Of a stretch of DNA of 25,820 nt, positions 23,580 through 25,820 are shown piece after piece. How positions within the stretch are numbered: the first letter of the stretch is position 1; every line of letters starts with the position of its first letter. The notes under the pieces are model-generated. The model was given only the letters and a program-made list of their open reading frames with translations. It was not told the origin of the DNA and did no database searches. Location: positions 1 through 25,820 of the IMG/VR virus record IMGVR_UViG_3300017777_005280, one strand, 5' to 3'. Origin of the DNA: a virus. Lineage: Duplodnaviria > Caudoviricetes. A program made the translations under genes and the position numbers.

Positions 23580-24512
23580 ATGCATATCGACACCATGGCC
23601 AAGCGAGCCAAGCAAGTCGGGTTCGTCGCTACCGCCATCACCAGCGCAGTTACCGCCCGCTTTGGTTGGCTACAAGGCGAAGATGTTATTACGAGCATCG
23701 TCTATGCCGTTGGACTCGGGCTCGCCAGTTTCATGGTCGGCTACGGGCTTGTTTTTGCGTGGGAAAGCCGCAAGCGCAACATGCCGTACGGCGTCACCAT
23801 CGCATCGGTCGCGATCTTTGCAATTGCAGTGATCGTCGAGGTGCTATCTCACGTCGGCGCCAACGCTTCCGCCCGGTCTCACGACATGGCCAGGGCGACG
23901 GAGCAGACCAACGCATACGCCGACACACGCAATCAGCTCGATCAGGCTCGCGCCGATCTCGCGGCCATTAGACCGACCCGTGCGCCGGCAGCAGTCAGCG
24001 CCGACATGGCTCGCATTGAGGGCGCCAAGTGGTTCAGCAACACGTCAGGCTGCACCAACCCGAATCCTGCTGGAAGCGGGCGCGGGTATGGCAACAGTTG
24101 CAACAAATACAACGTCTTGAAAGGCGAACTCGCCACCGCTCAGAACCGCATGGCGCTAGCCGCTAAAATTGATCAGCTCGCCGGGACTAGCGCCACGTCA
24201 TCTGCCGGCCACAGCGTCGCTCTCGCTCAGACCAAGGCGGTCGCATCCTATGCGACGTGGAACACAAACCCCGGCGCTGACGATCAGGCCAAGACGAACA
24301 TGGCCATCACGCTCATTCTCGCGCTGTACTTTGTCAGCCTCGGCCTTGTAAACCTCGTGGCTCAAGCGTTCGACCCGGAAGACGGCACGACAACAGCCGC
24401 TCAACCTTCTGCTGAAATCGTGCGGCCTCAGTTCCGCAAGCCTTCCACACCTGTCGTCGATGATCTATCCTGGGCTAAAGCAATAGAGCAGGCCCAACGA
24501 AAGATTGCGTGA
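23580..24512 (+). CDS. Membrane protein: 3 N-terminal TMs, periplasmic coiled coil with Cys pair, C-terminal TM
   Basis: Hydrophobic segments by eye; WFSNTSGC...SC motif; start ATG 23580. Confidence 0.75.
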   Translation: MHIDTMAKRAKQVGFVATAITSAVTARFGWLQGEDVITSIVYAVGLGLASFMVGYGLVFAWESRKRNMPYGVTIASVAIFAIAVIVEVLSHVGANASARSHDMARATEQTNAYADTRNQLDQARADLAAIRPTRAPAAVSADMARIEGAKWFSNTSGCTNPNPAGSGRGYGNSCNKYNVLKGELATAQNRMALAAKIDQLAGTSATSSAGHSVALAQTKAVASYATWNTNPGADDQAKTNMAITLILALYFVSLGLVNLVAQAFDPEDGTTTAAQPSAEIVRPQFRKPSTPVVDDLSWAKAIEQAQRKIA

Positions 24513-24739
24513 TGTTGGTAGCGGAATTGATCAAAAAGCTGCAAGCGTTGGATCCGAAGTTAGAAGTGCATATCCATTACGACGGCGCGGATAGGATTGA
24601 CGAGGTTGGCGTCTACGTGTCTCGTAGCGGGTACGCAGTACTAGCCGAGTCACCGTCAGATATTTATTACGACGAAGACAGGCCGGTGGGTGCTCCGCTA
24701 TCCAAAGCGTTTCCTGCATGGTCCATCGACATGGCCTAA
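24512..24739 (+). CDS. Small phage protein (M.V.ELI..L...P...V type)
   Basis: TGATG coupling; common phage N-terminal motif. Confidence 0.7.
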   Translation: MLVAELIKKLQALDPKLEVHIHYDGADRIDEVGVYVSRSGYAVLAESPSDIYYDEDRPVGAPLSKAFPAWSIDMA

Positions 24740-24742
24740 CGG

Positions 24743-24758
24743 TGTTTCACGTGCAACA
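24743..24758. promoter_or_regulatory. parS-like palindrome
   Basis: TGTTTCACGTGCAACA, 15/16 to the bacterial parS consensus TGTTTCACGTGAAACA; intergenic. Confidence 0.6.
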
Positions 24759-24778
24759 AAGTAGTGTTAGGGCTGCAC

Positions 24779-25534
24779 ATGAACAATGAAGATCTTTCAA
24801 ATCTCACCGCCGAAATAACTAGGCTGCGATCCGAGGTCGGTCTCCTGCGCGCTCAAATAGGGCGCGGTAGATCCGAGGTCGGTCTCCTCCGCGCGCAACT
24901 GAAACGGCACAACGTCCCCCTGCCGCAGCAGCCTGACGTCTATCCGATGCTGGTTGAGTGGCTGTTCGACGGGAAGAGCCGGGCAACGATCGCCGAAGAG
25001 ATCGGCCTCGCCAAAGCCAAAGTGCACGCGCTCACGAATAAATGGCTGTCAAATCCCGTCAACCTCGGCGCCATCAAATCAGAGCATGCCACGATGGTGT
25101 GGCGTATGAGATTGTCGGAGCTGTATTATGAAGCCGATAGCGCCAAGTTCCAGAGGTTATACGAAATAGCGAAAGAAAACCGCGCCAACCGCAGCGTGCT
25201 CGCCGAGATAACCAGCAGGATTAAACAGCTGGAGCGCAAGAAAGAAGAAGACCGGCGCGCGAAAGAAGAAGACCGGCGCGCGAGAGTAGAACAGTTCGTC
25301 TGTAAGGTCAGGACACAACTGGCTTCAATGGCCATGCAGGACGGCCCCAGACCGGTAGTTCCCATCGACGTCAGCTATTGTCATGGTCTTGGTTTGACGC
25401 CGGCGGATATTCCTGACGATCTGATTGGAGCACAGCTCATTGTAAGCTGGGGCTTGGCACGATATTCGGAACCGGTTGTAGTCAGGCTAGGCGTTTCACG
25501 TATGGAAGTTCTAGGTACAACAATGTGTCTTTGA
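24779..25534 (+). CDS. Coiled-coil plus HTH protein with internal tandem duplications
   Basis: GKSRATIAEEIGLAKAKVH HTH; RSEVGLLRAQ x2; KEEDRRA x2. Confidence 0.65.
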   Translation: MNNEDLSNLTAEITRLRSEVGLLRAQIGRGRSEVGLLRAQLKRHNVPLPQQPDVYPMLVEWLFDGKSRATIAEEIGLAKAKVHALTNKWLSNPVNLGAIKSEHATMVWRMRLSELYYEADSAKFQRLYEIAKENRANRSVLAEITSRIKQLERKKEEDRRAKEEDRRARVEQFVCKVRTQLASMAMQDGPRPVVPIDVSYCHGLGLTPADIPDDLIGAQLIVSWGLARYSEPVVVRLGVSRMEVLGTTMCL

Positions 25535-25583
25535 TTATCTGAAACGCTTTCATTGAAAATCAAAAGAAATCAGAGTAATCAAA

Positions 25584-25820
25584 ATGGCAAAGGGTGGGGC
25601 AAGAAAAGGCGCTGGACGCAAGAAGGGCGGCATCACCAAAGCGACTATGTATCGCCAGGAGATGTACGCCCGCGCCGCAGCCGATGGCATCTCACCGCTC
25701 GACGTGATGATAACGGTGATGCGGAAAGCATGGGCGGCAAACAATATCCCCGAGGCGATGCAAGCGGCTGTTCACGCCGCGCCTTACTTGCATCCCAAAC
25801 TGCAGGCGACGGCCGTAACA
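25584..25820 (+). CDS. terS: Terminase small subunit-like protein (3' truncated)
   Basis: MAKGGARKGAGRKKG...SPLDVM...AAPYLHPKL; frame open to window end; absent from ORF track. Confidence 0.7.
   Translation, partial: MAKGGARKGAGRKKGGITKATMYRQEMYARAAADGISPLDVMITVMRKAWAANNIPEAMQAAVHAAPYLHPKLQATAVT

Overview
About 26 kb of a tailed dsDNA phage with a P22-like podovirus tail/ejection module and lambdoid early-gene layout, most likely infecting an alphaproteobacterium (GapR/DUF2312, DUF1376 initiator, GcrA-like HTH). Order: tail hub (gp10-like, 5' truncated), needle/fibre, three ejection-type proteins plus two extra putative virion proteins (one with an ADP-ribosyltransferase-like domain), lysis cassette, bidirectional terminator, leftward early operon (HNH, DUF1367-like, ERF), divergent switch with cro but no cI, replication (initiator with iterons, SF4 helicase), GapR, two methyltransferases, NusG-like antiterminator, and the start of the late operon ending in a truncated terminase small subunit. 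The window runs from tail genes to terS, so it probably holds all non-structural genes; no integrase or CI repressor is seen. Highlights: a recurrent N-x-M-[LMI] motif confined to the ejected proteins; three genes each flanked by duplications of the downstream gene's 5' end; two acr/aca-like cassettes; structured RNAs around a cI-less switch; a parS-like site; an apparent segment swap in the gp10-like protein. All family calls are by eye from motifs, without database searches.
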